From Chthoniobacterales bacterium (GTDB lineage Bacteria > Verrucomicrobiota > Verrucomicrobiia > Chthoniobacterales > JACTMZ01), in assembly GCA_018402585.1 (NCBI GenBank), contig JAGYIO010000002.1, positions 138,070-202,069 of the forward strand: a DNA stretch of 64,000 nucleotides, in the 5' to 3' direction. Below the pieces are notes generated by a model that was not told where the DNA came from, ran no database searches, and was given only the letters and a program-made list of their open reading frames with translations. Each line of letters starts with the position of its first letter. The first letter of the stretch is position 1. A program made the translations under genes and the position numbers. Of this stretch, positions 30,386 to 40,880 are shown piece by piece.

Positions 30386-31039
30386 AGAAACTTGGTTGCC
30401 GCCGGGCGGTGGCTCGAGTTGGCGGTAAAAGCGGAGCGCTTCGATCGGGCTGCCGAACTCGGAGAGGAAGTAGAGCCCGTCTTGGTAGCGGCCTCCGGGG
30501 TCGCGGATGAGGTATTGGTAGCCTTGTTTGCCCACGATAACCACGAAGTGGGTGATGCCGTTCGGGTAACGCAGGCGCACGATCACCGGATTGCCCCGCA
30601 GGAGGTTCCAATCGATGAGGAAGTGTGAGGCGTCGTCCTCGTAAATGTGTTCGGCCACCCCGGGGGGAAACTCGGAAGCTTTTTCCCAGTAGAGCCAGCC
30701 CTGGCGGTTGAAGCCGCCGTTGCCCTGGAGGAATCGGTTCAGGGTCCCCGGGTCCACCTTCGCTCCGTAGGAGGCGAGGACCATGGCCGCCGCCGCCACG
30801 GCGCATCCTTCCGCGCCCATGGTGGTCGATCCGCCTGCCAGCTGGTTTTTGCCCCAGCGCTGATCGGCCTGCGCGAAGTGCGGCACGTCGTTCAGGACGG
30901 TGGTTGGAAAATACAACCCACCCTTTGGCGCGAGCGGGGTGGCGGTTGCGGTCCAAGCCTCCGCCCAGCGCCAGGCCATGGTGGCGCCGGCCGCGAGGAG
31001 GACCATGAAAAGGGCAACCATGGTGACGAAAACACGCAT
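30380..31039 (-). CDS. C39-like peptidase family protein
   Basis: FAQAD.RW, GCAVAAAAMV catalytic Cys, HFVVIVG, IRDP. Confidence 0.8.
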   Translation of the reverse strand: MRVFVTMVALFMVLLAAGATMAWRWAEAWTATATPLAPKGGLYFPTTVLNDVPHFAQADQRWGKNQLAGGSTTMGAEGCAVAAAAMVLASYGAKVDPGTLNRFLQGNGGFNRQGWLYWEKASEFPPGVAEHIYEDDASHFLIDWNLLRGNPVIVRLRYPNGITHFVVIVGKQGYQYLIRDPGGRYQDGLYFLSEFGSPIEALRFYRQLEPPPGGNQVSL

Positions 31040-31158
31040 AGCGCTGAAGAAACGCGAAATCGGGCCGGAGCCCAATCATTTTTAGGAATCTTTTCATGCA
31101 GCGGCGTAGTGGGCCAGTTCGCCTTTGGCTGGCGGAGCTGGTAAGGTACCTTCGGATC

Positions 31159-31824
31159 ATGAAACGGTTTTCGTGGGCGGTTTCGAGGGCGATCGTTCTG
31201 ATCGTGCTGACGCTTTGTGCCACCTGGTTCATGCGCTCCTGCGCCCGGATGCCGGGGGAAGCGGCCGAGGCGGCGGCGGAACCGGCGGTGGAGTTGGCCA
31301 AACGGGTGGTCGACGGCATTTCGCGGCGGTTGCAGTTCCGTCCTGAGGTACGGATTGATCAGGTGACGGTATTGTCGGCGGAGATGCCGGTCTTGGAATT
31401 GGCCGCCGTGCGGCGGGAATTCGCCCACGAATATCTCTGGGAAGAGCAATGGCTGGGGAGCACGAAGCGCCTGCACCTCCGCGGCACTTTTGCGGTCAAG
31501 GCGGGGGTCGATCTCCACGAGAAATTTTACCTTGAGATTGATTCACATGATCTACGGGTCAAAGCAGAGTTTGCCGAGCCGCGCGTGCTTGGAGTGGAGC
31601 TGCTCGCTTACCGGGTGGAGGAGGAGGAGGGGCTCTGGAACCGGTTGAGCGCGGTGGAACGTGAACAAGCGGTCAACGCGCTCCTCGTCTCGGCACGGGC
31701 GGCGGCGGCCAGGGATGGTAAGCTGACTGCGGACGCCCGGCGGATGCTCGAGGCGCAGATTTCGGCCGCGGTGATTGGAGCCGGCGGGCTCTGGCGTCCG
31801 GAGGTGGTCGAGCCGAAAAACTAG
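31159..31824 (+). CDS. DUF4230-like membrane-anchored protein
   Basis: N-terminal TM; LELA, WLGSTK, VKAGVDL, GLWN pattern. Confidence 0.7.
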   Translation: MKRFSWAVSRAIVLIVLTLCATWFMRSCARMPGEAAEAAAEPAVELAKRVVDGISRRLQFRPEVRIDQVTVLSAEMPVLELAAVRREFAHEYLWEEQWLGSTKRLHLRGTFAVKAGVDLHEKFYLEIDSHDLRVKAEFAEPRVLGVELLAYRVEEEEGLWNRLSAVEREQAVNALLVSARAAAARDGKLTADARRMLEAQISAAVIGAGGLWRPEVVEPKN

Positions 31825-32032
31825 CGATGTCGGTTGTCCGTCGGCTGACGACGGGAGGCCCGTTTCCCTGGATGGGACCGGCCGTCCTGCGGGGGCAACT
31901 TCTCGGTAAACTTCCGTTGGCCGTTATAAAAAGTTGCGGGGGGATCGTCGTCCGGTTGGGGGGGGGGTCCAAGTCATCATTCCTGCGGAGGCTATTGCCT
32001 AAAACTATGCTTTGGCCTAAAACCCGCACCCG

Positions 32033-32221
32033 ATGAGCGCAAACTCTTCCGATCACGCGGGCCTGGACACCGCACAGCGCGACCGTCTGCTACGGTGTCT
32101 GGTCGGTTGCTTCGGGGTAGTCGCCTTCCTCGCTTTCGGCATGGCCATCGCCACGTCCGTTTGGCAGCGGTCCGGCGGTGACCTCGATCCGGTATCTTTG
32201 GTCCAAGACGTGCCGCGTTAA
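32033..32221 (+). CDS. Small hypothetical membrane protein
   Basis: 62 aa, single TM segment, AT-rich upstream region. Confidence 0.45.
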   Translation: MSANSSDHAGLDTAQRDRLLRCLVGCFGVVAFLAFGMAIATSVWQRSGGDLDPVSLVQDVPR

Positions 32222-32432
32222 TTTATTTTCGCACAACTCTCGGGCCCGGTAAGCCTGGAGCGCTGCAAACAGCAGCGCCCCCATGGAGCGCATGGCGGCA
32301 AGCAAACTACGGCAGGGTCTGGAGGCCTCTTGTCTAAAAAGCGGGCGTGCAATCCGGGGGTCCAAAGGGCCGGGAAGTCCGCTGCTACCGCCCGGCCTTG
32401 CCCGTGCCCAGGGGGATCGGCTACTTTGCCCC

Positions 32433-33542
32433 ATGTCTGTGAGCAAAGAAAAGCAGTTCAAAGTGGCGGTGTTGGCCGGGGACGGGATCGGCCCGGAGGT
32501 CATGGTCGAGGCACTGCGCGTGTTGGCCGCGGTGGCGGTTAAGTTTTCCATTCCTTACCAACTTCGGGAGGAGCGGGTGGGCGGGTCGGCGATTGATGTG
32601 GACGGGGTGGCTTTGCCCGACCAGACGCTGCAAACCTGCAAAGAGTCCGATGCTATTTTGTTCGGCTCGGTCGGCGGTCCCAAATGGGAATCCCTCCCGC
32701 CCAACCAGCAGCCGGAACGGGCGGCCTTGCTCGCCCTGCGCAAGACCTTCGCCCTCTACGCCAACCTGCGGCCGGCTGTTTGCCTGCCGGAATTAACCCA
32801 CGCCTCGCCGGTGCGCGAGTCGATCGTGCAGGGCGGCTTTGATGTTATTTTTGTCCGGGAGTTGACCGGCGGACTTTATTTCGGGGAACCAAAATATATG
32901 AAGCACGAGAGCGGCGAGTGGTTCGCGGTCGATACGATGATTTATTGGGAAAGCGAGATTGAGCGCATCGCCCATGTCGCCTTCCAGACCGCGATGAAAC
33001 GCAACCGGCATGTCACCTCGATCGACAAAGCCAATGTCCTGCAAAACGGCATCCTTTGGCGCCAGACGGTCGACCGCGTGGCCCACGAGTATCCGGAGGT
33101 CAAATTGCGCCACCTCTACGTGGACAATGCCGCGATGCAACTGATCCGCAATCCGAAGGGCTTCGATGTTATTCTCGCGGAAAACCTTTTCGGCGACATC
33201 CTGAGCGACGAGTTGGCCATGATTGCCGGTTCGCTCGGCATGTTGCCCAGCGCCAGCTTGGGGATTTCCAAAGGCAACGGCCGCTACTTCGGCATGTATG
33301 AGCCGAGCGGCGGTACCGCTCCGGATATCGCCGGTTTGGGCATCGCCAACCCCATCGCGCAGGTCCTTTCCGCCGCCATGATGCTCCGTTACTCGGCCGG
33401 ACGCGAGGATGCGGCCTCCGCGATCGAAGCGGCCGTGCAGCGGGTCATCCGTTCCGGCCTGCGCACCAAGGATATTCATACCGAGGGGACGCAACTGGTC
33501 GGCACCACAGAGATGGGCAAGGCGATCAGCGGCGCGCTCTGA
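32433..33542 (+). CDS. leuB: 3-isopropylmalate dehydrogenase
   Basis: [35 protein letters not shown]. Confidence 0.96.
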   Translation: MSVSKEKQFKVAVLAGDGIGPEVMVEALRVLAAVAVKFSIPYQLREERVGGSAIDVDGVALPDQTLQTCKESDAILFGSVGGPKWESLPPNQQPERAALLALRKTFALYANLRPAVCLPELTHASPVRESIVQGGFDVIFVRELTGGLYFGEPKYMKHESGEWFAVDTMIYWESEIERIAHVAFQTAMKRNRHVTSIDKANVLQNGILWRQTVDRVAHEYPEVKLRHLYVDNAAMQLIRNPKGFDVILAENLFGDILSDELAMIAGSLGMLPSASLGISKGNGRYFGMYEPSGGTAPDIAGLGIANPIAQVLSAAMMLRYSAGREDAASAIEAAVQRVIRSGLRTKDIHTEGTQLVGTTEMGKAISGAL

Positions 33543-33594
33543 AGGTCTGAAATCCTTGGCTTGGGCCGGCTTTTACCCGCATGATCCGCTCTCC

Positions 33595-34011
33595 GTGAAT
33601 TTCCGCAAACAGGCCGTGCCCGAGCCCGGCGCGTTTCAGATCGCGCCGATGGTGGATATTGTCTTCCTTCTGCTCATCTTCTTTCTCGTCACCTGGAATT
33701 TCGCGCGCTACGAGACCGAGCTTGATGTCAAGGTGCCCACCGCGAAGGAAGGCAAGGAGTCGCGGCGCGCCGTGGGTGAGGTGGTGATCAATGTGAAAGC
33801 CGACGGCACGATCCTGATGAACCGCCGCGTCTTGTCGGGGGAAGAACTGACCGCCACCTTGCGCCAAATTTCCGAGCTCTATCCCGATCAAGCGGTGGTC
33901 CTGCGCGGCGACCAGTCGACCGACTACCGTCACATTGTGGCCGTGCTCGACATTTGCCGCACGGCCAACATTTGGAATGTCGCCTTTGCTACGGGGCGAC
34001 CCGAATCATGA
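33595..34011 (+). CDS. exbD: ExbD/TolR family biopolymer transport protein
   Basis: APMVDIVFLLLIFF, VVLRGD. Confidence 0.88.
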   Translation: MNFRKQAVPEPGAFQIAPMVDIVFLLLIFFLVTWNFARYETELDVKVPTAKEGKESRRAVGEVVINVKADGTILMNRRVLSGEELTATLRQISELYPDQAVVLRGDQSTDYRHIVAVLDICRTANIWNVAFATGRPES

Positions 34012-36434
34012 AGCGCTTTTTTCTCTTTTTCCTGCTCGTTCCCGCGCTGCTTCGCGCCGAGGAGAATATTGAGGTCCGCCTGGCCGAGCCGGTCAATGCC
34101 GGGCCCGCACCCGAAGTGCGCCGGGCGGAACCGGTGGCACCGGCCGGTGCGGCGCACGCCCTGTCCGGGGTCGATGCGACGGACGGCACCGAAGCCATCC
34201 GCGCGGCGCCCTCCAATCTGGCGGATGACCCGGCGCGCCGCGCTTTCGAGCAGGCCAACGCCTTTTATGGCCAGAAGATGCACGATCTCGCCGGGCCGAA
34301 GTATATGGAGTTCCTCAGCATGGCCCCGCGCGGCATTGACCGGCAGGCCGCGTTGTTCCGGCTCGGCGAGTGCCAGCGCGCGGTGAAGCGCAATGCCGAG
34401 GCTGCTGCGGCCTACCGTCAGTTGCTCTCGGAATTCAACAGCGGGGAATTTCTCGGTCCGGCCGCCTACCGTTTGGGCGAAATCCAATTCGGCAGCCGTG
34501 ACTTCGATGGCGCGGCTGCTTCTTTCCGCCTCGCCGCGCACCATGTGCGCGACGCGAAGTTGCGGCTGGCCGCGAAGTTTTTCGAGGGCCGCGCCCTGGG
34601 GGCGGCCAACCGCCCGGCCGAGGCGCTGGCCGCCTACCGCGAGGTGGCCGCGCAGAAGGAGGACAACCCTTACCGTGAGCGCGCCATCTTCGACCTGGCC
34701 GAGGCCGACGCGCGCGCCGGCCTGACCGATAGCGCGCTGCGCCAACTGCGCGGTCTGGCCGAGACGGCGGAGAATCCGGTCATCCGCACCAGTGCGGCGG
34801 TCAAAGCCGGCCTGCTCGCCGTTGATCAGCGCGACTTTGAGACGGCGCGTCCCTTGCTTGAGCTGGGGGCAGCCAACCAGGAATTGGCCAACTGGCGCGC
34901 GGCGGGGCAAGCCGGTTTGGTCCGCTTGGAATACGAGTCGGAGAATTATCCCGCGGCGGCCAAGCTGGCCGAGGAAATCCTCCCCCTCCTCCCGGCCGAA
35001 GCGCAGCCCGATGTGCTCCTCCTCGCGGCCAATGCCCGCCGCCAAATGGGCGAGCAAGGCCGCGCGCTGGGACTCTACGACCGCCTGGTGGTCGATCACC
35101 CCGGATCCACCGCCGCACGCCAAGCGGGCTTTCACCGACTGGTCAGTCTCGTAGCGCAACAAGACCCGCGCTCGCTGGCCCAAATCGAAGCCTTTCTGCA
35201 ATCGTCCTCCTCGCAAGACCAGCGGGACAAAGCCGAGTTGCTCAAGGCCGAGCTGCTTTTCGGTCAGGACCGCTTTGCCGAGGCGGCCGAACTTTACCGC
35301 AAGGCTTCCAGCGCAGAGGGCACGGAAGGTTACCGTGCGGATGCGCTTTACCGGCTTGCCTGGTGCCAATTGCAGGCCAAGGCCTACGACGATGCGGTCG
35401 AAGTGCTCACCCGCTTTCTTCTGCAATACCCGCGCCACCCGTTCGCCGGTTCGGCTTACGCGCAGCGGGCGGTGGCCCAGCTTGAAACCGGCGACCAGGT
35501 TGCCGCCTTGGCCGACTTCGAGGTGGTGATCGACCGCTACCGTGACGCGAAGGAACGGGAAGATGCCATGACGCAGCGCGCCCTCCTGCTGGGCAACCTG
35601 CAGCGGCCGGCCGAAATGGCGGCGGGCTTCGAGCGGCTCCTCGCCGATTACCCCGCGAGCAAAGCAGGCGCGCAAGCCCATTTTTGGATCGGCTACGCCG
35701 CATCCGATGCCGGCCGGCCGGGTGAAGCCATTGCCTCGCTGGAGCAGGCACGTGAGCTCGGTCCCGACAAATACGGCGAGCGCGCCACACTCCGCCTCCT
35801 CCTCAGCCATTACCAATTGCAGGACCGCGCAGCGACGGGACGCGAGGCCAAGGCCCTCGGAGCGGAAAAAGCGCCCGCCGAAGTGCGCGAGTGGTTGGGG
35901 TGGTCCGCACTTGAAGCCGCAGACTATGCCACCGCGGCGGAGTTCCTCGCTCCGCTCGCTGACTTGGAGGGTGCCACACCCGAATTGCGTCTGTCCTTGG
36001 CCCAGGCCCAACTCGGGTCAGGGCAAAACGAAGCGGCCCGCCGCACGCTGGAGCAACTCCTGCCCAAAGTCCATGAGCCCCGACTCAAGGCCCGCACCTA
36101 TCTCCTCATGGCCGACGTGCTCCTCGCCCTGCGCGACGGGGCGGGGGCCAAGACGCAGGCCGAGGAGGCGCAGCGTCTGCAACCCGAAGGCCGCCTCAAT
36201 GCCGAGGCGCGCCTGGCCAACGGGCGCGCCTTGTTGGCCCAAGATAAATTCGATGACGCGGCCCGCGCCTTCATGGCTGTGGCCCTGCTTTACGACGAAA
36301 AAGACCTCACACCGCAGGCCCTCGCTCTGGCCGAGCAGGCCTACCGCCGGGCCGATAACCCGGGCGATGCCGACCGTGCGCGCGAGGAGTTGCAGCGGCG
36401 CTACCCCGACTTCAAGGTTCCGGTCCCGTCCTGA
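34008..36434 (+). CDS. Large exported tetratricopeptide-repeat protein
   Basis: Signal peptide and many TPR-like helical repeats. Confidence 0.85.
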   Translation: MKRFFLFFLLVPALLRAEENIEVRLAEPVNAGPAPEVRRAEPVAPAGAAHALSGVDATDGTEAIRAAPSNLADDPARRAFEQANAFYGQKMHDLAGPKYMEFLSMAPRGIDRQAALFRLGECQRAVKRNAEAAAAYRQLLSEFNSGEFLGPAAYRLGEIQFGSRDFDGAAASFRLAAHHVRDAKLRLAAKFFEGRALGAANRPAEALAAYREVAAQKEDNPYRERAIFDLAEADARAGLTDSALRQLRGLAETAENPVIRTSAAVKAGLLAVDQRDFETARPLLELGAANQELANWRAAGQAGLVRLEYESENYPAAAKLAEEILPLLPAEAQPDVLLLAANARRQMGEQGRALGLYDRLVVDHPGSTAARQAGFHRLVSLVAQQDPRSLAQIEAFLQSSSSQDQRDKAELLKAELLFGQDRFAEAAELYRKASSAEGTEGYRADALYRLAWCQLQAKAYDDAVEVLTRFLLQYPRHPFAGSAYAQRAVAQLETGDQVAALADFEVVIDRYRDAKEREDAMTQRALLLGNLQRPAEMAAGFERLLADYPASKAGAQAHFWIGYAASDAGRPGEAIASLEQARELGPDKYGERATLRLLLSHYQLQDRAATGREAKALGAEKAPAEVREWLGWSALEAADYATAAEFLAPLADLEGATPELRLSLAQAQLGSGQNEAARRTLEQLLPKVHEPRLKARTYLLMADVLLALRDGAGAKTQAEEAQRLQPEGRLNAEARLANGRALLAQDKFDDAARAFMAVALLYDEKDLTPQALALAEQAYRRADNPGDADRAREELQRRYPDFKVPVPS

Positions 36435-37009
36435 TGATGCCGCTTGCCTTACCGGCGGGGGACTTCCGCGCTTTCATCTTCGATTGCGACGGCACGTTGG
36501 CGGACAACATGCATTTGCATTACGAAGCGTGGCGCCGGGCCATGGCAGAGGTCGGCGGGTCTTACCCGGAGGAACTTTTCTACGAATGGGGCGGGGTGAC
36601 TACCGCGGAGATCGTGTGCCGGCTCAACGCCAAATTCAGCTTAAGCATGGAGGTCGAGGAAATCGTCCGGCGCAAGGAGCTTTACTACCGCGATTCCATC
36701 CCACAGGTGGAGCCGAACCACGCTGTGGTGGCCCTGGCCCGGGAATTCCACGGCAAGGTACCGCTCGCCGTGGCCTCCGGCGGCCACCGCGATCTGGTCG
36801 AACGGACCTTGCAGGCCTTGGAAATTCGCGGGCTTTTCTCGGAGGTCATTGCCGCCGAGGACTACAAAAGGGGCAAACCGGCTCCTGATCCCTTCCTCAC
36901 CGCCGCGGCCCGCCTCGGGGTCACCCCGGAGGCTTGCTTGGTCTTCGAGGATACCGCCACGGGGGTCGAGGCGGCCCGTGCGGCCGGGATGGCGTGGGTG
37001 CTGGTCTAA
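36434..37009 (+). CDS. HAD family phosphatase (beta-PGM/YqaB-like)
   Basis: FDCDGTL, GKPAPD, VFEDT..G..AA. Confidence 0.9.
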   Translation: MMPLALPAGDFRAFIFDCDGTLADNMHLHYEAWRRAMAEVGGSYPEELFYEWGGVTTAEIVCRLNAKFSLSMEVEEIVRRKELYYRDSIPQVEPNHAVVALAREFHGKVPLAVASGGHRDLVERTLQALEIRGLFSEVIAAEDYKRGKPAPDPFLTAAARLGVTPEACLVFEDTATGVEAARAAGMAWVLV

Positions 37010-37037
37010 CCGGCGGAGGTGGGTTAAGCTGGCTGCC

Positions 37038-37490
37038 ATGACAACCACCGCAGGAAAGACCGCACTGACCGATAGTCTCAACCAAGTGTTGGCCGACACG
37101 TACGCTCTCATGTCGCTGACCCATCTGGCCCACTGGAATGTGGAAGGGCAGGGCTTCTTTGCGCTGCACACCGCGTTCCAGACGCAATACGAGGAAATGT
37201 TCACCGCGGCGGATGACATTGCCGAGCGTATCCGCGCCCTCGAGGCTTACGCCATCGGCGGCCTCGCCGCTTTGGCGGATAAAGCGCAACTGAAGGCATT
37301 CACCGCCCCGCTTTCGCAGGAAAGCTATGTGAAGCACCTGATCACCGGTCATGAAAAAGTGGTGGCCGATGCGGCCAAAGCCCGGGCGGTGGCCGGCGAG
37401 GTGAATGATCCGGAAAGCGAAGACCTCATGATCCAGCGCATCACGACGCACGAGAAGGCGCTTTGGATGCTGCGCAGTTTCTTGAAATAA
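37038..37490 (+). CDS. dps: Dps ferritin-like DNA protection protein
   Basis: HWNVEG..FF.LH, DDIAERIRAL, HEK..WML. Confidence 0.93.
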   Translation: MTTTAGKTALTDSLNQVLADTYALMSLTHLAHWNVEGQGFFALHTAFQTQYEEMFTAADDIAERIRALEAYAIGGLAALADKAQLKAFTAPLSQESYVKHLITGHEKVVADAAKARAVAGEVNDPESEDLMIQRITTHEKALWMLRSFLK

Positions 37491-37567
37491 AACCGGCCGT
37501 CCGGCCGCGGAGGTCTGGTCAGAGCGAAATTCGCCGTACCCTCGCGGCGGGACCGGCCCGGTCGACT

Positions 37568-38464
37568 TTATGGCGCGAGCAGTGTAAGGATGGCCTTCTG
37601 GGTGTGCAGGCGGTTTTCGGCTTGGTCGAAAATGGTCCCTGCGTTGGCTTCGAAAACCTCGCTCGTGATCTCTTTGCCCCGGTAGGCGGGAAGGCAGTGC
37701 ATGACCAGCGGGGTGCCGCCGGCCGCCGCGACCGCGGCTTGGTTGATTTGGTATCCGCCGAATTGCGCGAGGCGGAAAGCGGTTTCCTCCTCCTTGCCCA
37801 TGCTAACCCAGACATCGGTGTAGAGGACATCGGCGCCGGCGCTGGCGCCGAGAACGTCGTCCGTCACGACAATGTCTCCGCCCGCGCGGCGCACCAGTTC
37901 GGCCGGCGGCTGGAACTTGGCCGGGGCGGCCAGGCGCAGGGCGAAGCCGAGTTTGGCGGCGGCCCAGATCCAGGAACGGGCCACGTTGCAGTCGCCATCG
38001 CCGATGAAGGTGACAGTGAGGCCGTCGAGCGAACCGCGCTTTTCGATGATGGTGAAAAGATCGCTCAAAATTTGGCAGGGGTGCTCGAGGTCGGTCAGCG
38101 CATTGATCGTGCGGATGCCGCTCAAGGATGCGAACTGCTCGACATCCCCCTGCGCGTAGGTGCGGATGACCGCGCCTTGCACCATCCGGCTCAGGACGCG
38201 TGCCGTATCGGAGATCGGTTCGCCGCGGCCGAGTTGGATCTCGTTGGCCGCGAGGAAAATCGGCTGCCCGCCAAGTTCCCGGATGCCCGCCTCAAAACTA
38301 ATGCGCGTCCGGGTGGAAGATTTGGAGAAGAGGAGCGCCCAGCATTCGCCGGCCAACGGGGCCTCGGGGTGGGGTCCGCGCAGGTGCTTCATCTCCGCCG
38401 CCCGGGCCAGGATCTGCTTGATCTCTGCGGCGTCGAGTGACTCGATATTGAGCAAGTGTCTCAT
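37568..38464 (-). CDS. argF: Ornithine carbamoyltransferase
   Basis: SSTRTR, HPCQ, DVWVSMG, HCLP. Confidence 0.95.
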   Translation of the reverse strand: MRHLLNIESLDAAEIKQILARAAEMKHLRGPHPEAPLAGECWALLFSKSSTRTRISFEAGIRELGGQPIFLAANEIQLGRGEPISDTARVLSRMVQGAVIRTYAQGDVEQFASLSGIRTINALTDLEHPCQILSDLFTIIEKRGSLDGLTVTFIGDGDCNVARSWIWAAAKLGFALRLAAPAKFQPPAELVRRAGGDIVVTDDVLGASAGADVLYTDVWVSMGKEEETAFRLAQFGGYQINQAAVAAAGGTPLVMHCLPAYRGKEITSEVFEANAGTIFDQAENRLHTQKAILTLLAP

Positions 38465-38633
38465 GGGATGGCCGAAGATTACCCGCAAGCGTGCTTCGTG
38501 GTAAACAAAGGAGAGACGGCCTCGGGACCTGTGTGCCGGCGCGTCCCAGCTGCGGGGGAGGATGCGCGCAAACAATGACCGGAGGGCAGGGCCTCCGGAC
38601 CCGCCGCGGCGACCAAACGCTGCGCCCCCTCGG

Positions 38634-39887
38634 TTACGAGCTGCTACTTCTGCTTGCTTCCGGCTGAGGCGAGCTTTCGGCAAGCACGTTGTGCAGGATC
38701 AGCGCCGCCTCGTCGCATTCCGCCGCGGTGACATTGAGCGGTGGAAGGAGACGGATGGTCTGCTCCCCGGCCGGGACAACGAGGAGGCCGGCCTTGATCA
38801 GTCGTTTGGTCAATCGCAGGGCCACCGTGCCTTCTTCGCCCGCGAGCGGCGGCAAATCTTCCACTTCAAGGCCAAGGAGGAGTCCGGCCCCCCGCACTTC
38901 GCGGACGTGCGGCATTTGTTCGGCCGCAGCAACGAGTTGGGCCCCGCGTTCCCGTGCATTAGCCAGCAGGCTTTCTTTTTCAATCGTCTCGATGACGGCC
39001 TGGGATGCGGCGCAGGCGAGGGGAGAGCCGCCGTAGGTCGTGCCATGTGTGCCGGGCCCGAGCAGGTCGGCGAAGGGTTCGCGCACCCAGAATGCGCCGA
39101 GCGGGAAGCCACCAGCAATGCCTTTGGCCCAGCTGACCGCATCCGGCACCGCGTCCGGCGCGCCCGTGGCCTCCCACCCGCACCAATACCCGGTGCGCCC
39201 GAAGCCGCACTGTACTTCGTCATAGAACAAGAGCACCCGGTGTTCGTCGCAAAGCGCGCGCAAGGCACGGAGGAACCCGGCGGAAAGCGGCCGCACACCG
39301 CCTTCACCTTGGATCGGCTCGACCATGATGGCGGCTGTGCGCGCGCCGACCGCATGGGCCAGGCACTCGAGGCGCGCGGGCACGCTGAGAAAGCCGTCGA
39401 GGGGCGGGCCGAATCCGAGCTTCACCTTGAGTTGGCCGGTGGCCGCGATGCCGCCGAGGGTGCGCCCGTGGAAAGAGCCATCCAAGGTGATGATCTCGTG
39501 GCGGCCGCGCGCGGAACCGTGTTTGCGGGCCAGTTTGTAGAGCCCTTCATTGGCTTCAGCCCCGCTGTTGCAGAAAAAGATTTTTCCGGGCGTCCCGACC
39601 ATCGCCCCGATCCGCGCGGCCAATTCGGCCTGCGGGCGGTGGAGGAAGAGATTTGAGATGTGAACAAGGGTGGCGGCCTGTCTGGCGAGGGCTTTCTGCA
39701 GGGCGGGATGGGAGTGACCAAGGGTGTTGACCGCGATGCCGGAGGTGAAGTCGAGGTAGGCGCGGCCCTCCTCGTCCCAGACGCGCACTCCTGCCCCACG
39801 GACGAGGGCAAGAGGAAAGCGTGCGTAGGTGGGAATGATGTGCCGCGCATAAAGCTCGGCCGTAGTCGGCTGCAGGCGCTCGGACAT
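38634..39887 (-). CDS. argD: Acetylornithine aminotransferase
   Basis: NSGAEANE, FHGRT, EPIQGEGG, DEVQCGFGRTG. Confidence 0.9.
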   Translation of the reverse strand: MSERLQPTTAELYARHIIPTYARFPLALVRGAGVRVWDEEGRAYLDFTSGIAVNTLGHSHPALQKALARQAATLVHISNLFLHRPQAELAARIGAMVGTPGKIFFCNSGAEANEGLYKLARKHGSARGRHEIITLDGSFHGRTLGGIAATGQLKVKLGFGPPLDGFLSVPARLECLAHAVGARTAAIMVEPIQGEGGVRPLSAGFLRALRALCDEHRVLLFYDEVQCGFGRTGYWCGWEATGAPDAVPDAVSWAKGIAGGFPLGAFWVREPFADLLGPGTHGTTYGGSPLACAASQAVIETIEKESLLANARERGAQLVAAAEQMPHVREVRGAGLLLGLEVEDLPPLAGEEGTVALRLTKRLIKAGLLVVPAGEQTIRLLPPLNVTAAECDEAALILHNVLAESSPQPEASRSSSS

Positions 39888-39989
39888 GCTGCGCGATATT
39901 AGAGGGAGCGGCTGCCGTGACAAGAGGGCAAGAAGGCCGGAGGGCCGGGGCGCTTGACCGAGATGCGGTCGGCGGTTTGCATGGGTGGC

Positions 39990-40880
39990 ATGTGGATGCA
40001 CGTCCTTCGCTCGGTACTTTACGGCCTGGTTGTGCTCATCCTAGCCGGGGTTGCCCTGCTGGCCGGGATCATCACGGCGAAAAAAACAGAGCAGGCTCCG
40101 CCTTTGATCACAGTCACAGCAGTGCCGCCGGAAGAGCGCGCGGCTGCGCGGGAATTGGTCGAGCAGGCACTGGCCGCGCGGCTGGCCGGCAATCACAGCG
40201 TGGCCTTGGCCAGCCTGGAGCAGGCGCGGGCCCACGATCCGGCCATGCGCGGGTTGGATTACCAGTTCACCCTGACTTATCTGGATTTGGGTAAATTCGA
40301 GCCGGCGGACCAAGCCGCGCGGCGCTCGGTTGACCGCGGGGAAGAAAGAAGCAGTGCGCAGGCCCTGCGCGGCTCGATCCTGCTCGAAAAGTCGCGGGCG
40401 GAGGGCAAGGTGGCCACGGCGGGGACGGAAATTTTGACGCACTTGGAGGAGTCACGGGCTACCGATCCGCTCAATCCCATGCCGCTCTACATCATGGGCG
40501 AATATTACCGGGCGGATGGTCGGCCCGGACTGGCGGTCGAGGCCTACCGGCGGGCCCTCGAGCGGGTCTCAAAGACCGATAGCTTCTTGGTCACCACGGT
40601 GAAGGCCGGGCTGGCCGGGTTGCGCTTGAACTATCAGGCGGACCATCCGCCGCTTAAGTTGCGCAAGGTCAACGGGGTGCTCCCGCCGGAGCAGCTCTTT
40701 TTTGGGGCGGCCGATGCGCTTCTGCGCGGCGATCATGGTGCGGCGGCGGGCTTTTTGCGCGAGGCGAAAACGCGGATGCCGGAGGAAGTTTTTGCCTCCT
40801 TACTCCAGGATTCGTTCTTTCAAGATTATCTGGAGGCCAGCATATTGGAAGACCCCGCGCAGCCCGCCCCTCCCCCATGA
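39990..40880 (+). CDS. Membrane-anchored TPR-like hypothetical protein
   Basis: N-terminal TM and helical repeats; start uncertain. Confidence 0.65.
   Translation: MWMHVLRSVLYGLVVLILAGVALLAGIITAKKTEQAPPLITVTAVPPEERAAARELVEQALAARLAGNHSVALASLEQARAHDPAMRGLDYQFTLTYLDLGKFEPADQAARRSVDRGEERSSAQALRGSILLEKSRAEGKVATAGTEILTHLEESRATDPLNPMPLYIMGEYYRADGRPGLAVEAYRRALERVSKTDSFLVTTVKAGLAGLRLNYQADHPPLKLRKVNGVLPPEQLFFGAADALLRGDHGAAAGFLREAKTRMPEEVFASLLQDSFFQDYLEASILEDPAQPAPPP

Noticed and set aside
32221-32432. Riboswitch or attenuator upstream of leuB
   Set aside because: Only short hairpins; no Leu-rich leader peptide or recognisable aptamer, and leuB appears to have an adjacent -10 box.
33930-36011. Long antisense ORFs (693 aa here; also 5180-6778, 20194-21651, 51662-53590)
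   Set aside because: Shadow frames of well-supported genes in high-GC DNA, with no motifs.
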